A DNA stretch of 64,000 nucleotides from Vicugna vicugna (taxonomy: Eukaryota), in assembly GCA_013265495.1 (NCBI GenBank), contig MU058252.1:1212244-1276243 (forward strand), in the 5' to 3' direction. Below are positions 63,301 through 64,000 of this stretch, in pieces; the first letter of the stretch is position 1; each line of letters begins with the position of its first letter. The position numbers and the translations under genes were made by a program. Below the pieces are notes generated by a model. That model saw nothing but the letters and a program-made list of their open reading frames with translations, was not told the DNA's origin and did not search any database.

Positions 63301-63836
63301 GATAAGCTGTTGTACATACATAAAATACAGTATTATTCAGCAATAAAAGAAATGAGCTATCAAAGCCAGGAAAAACACCTTAAATGTGTATTATTGAGCC
63401 AATCTGAAAAGGCCACATACTGTATGATTCTATGACATTTTGGAAAAGACAAAACTATGAAGACAGTAAAAAGAGTGATAGTTGCCAGAGGTTAGAGGGG
63501 AAGAAAGATGAACAGGCAGGGCACAGAGGACTTTTAGGGCAGTGGAACCATCTGTATGAGACTATAATGATGGACACATGCCATTATACATTTGTTCAAA
63601 CCCATAAAGTGAACAATAAGAGTGAAACCTAATGTAAACTCTGGACGTAGGGTGAAAAGAGTGTGGCAATGTAGTTTCATCAATCGTAACCAATGTACCA
63701 GTGCTGGCAGGGAATGTTGATAACTGCGTAGGTTATGCATGTATGGGGGCAGGAGGTGAATGGGAAATATCTATGCCTTCCACTCAGTTTTGCTGTGAAT
63801 CAGTAACTGTTCTAAAAACTAAAGTCTATTTTAAAA
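60335..63836 (+). mobile_element. Long decayed L1 (L1MC-like): ORF2 endonuclease, reverse transcriptase and C-terminus plus 3'UTR
   Basis: NSFYEASVTLIPK near 61360, ISLMNIDAKILNKIL near 61440, PYDPAILFLGIYPKELKT..MFIAALFIIAKTWKQPRCPS in ORF 63089..63346. Many frameshifts; 3'UTR ends taaagtctattttaaaaa. Confidence 0.92.
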
Positions 63837-64000
63837 ATTATGCTAGCAGTAAACTGAAAGGATCAACGTGAACTGATATTTGTAAGCACGTGTATATACC
63901 CACACATCTAATTACTAGTGTATCACTAAAACAGACCAACATAACTAATTCTCAACAGAAATAGTATGATACACATTCTTAGATCCTAGATTTGTATCTC

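Noticed and set aside
60335..63400. Active L1 ORF2
   Set aside because: Many frameshifts, stops and deletions; the longest ORF pieces are under 90 aa.
50900..64000. KMT2C exon 2 or a promoter CpG island
   Set aside because: I found no matching coding sequence or CpG island; these presumably lie beyond the window.
1..64000. CRISPR array, operon or prokaryotic defence system
   Set aside because: The sequence is mammalian intron/exon DNA, with no regularly spaced repeats or dense ORF arrays.

Overview
AT-rich mammalian genomic DNA, most likely from a camelid, judged by four tRNA-Ala-derived vic-1-type SINEs. The whole window lies inside one minus-strand gene, KMT2C (MLL3, histone H3K4 methyltransferase). 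Seven consecutive coding exons (human numbering 3-9) have canonical AG/GT boundaries, splice into one open frame and encode the N-terminal extended PHD finger and two more PHD fingers. The remainder is intron rich in decayed transposable elements. These include L1 pieces (mostly antisense to the gene), L2, MIR, MaLR/ERVL LTRs and near-complete Cheshire and Tigger1 DNA transposons with flanking duplications. There is also a processed ATP5MC2 pseudogene inserted into an LTR. I found no convincing new biological system. The best leads are splicing and polyadenylation features of KMT2C, a split zinc finger, an internally deleted L1 and several template-switch-like repeats. Repeat family names come from recalled consensus sequences, not from a search, and repeat boundaries are approximate unless a target-site duplication (TSD) is given.
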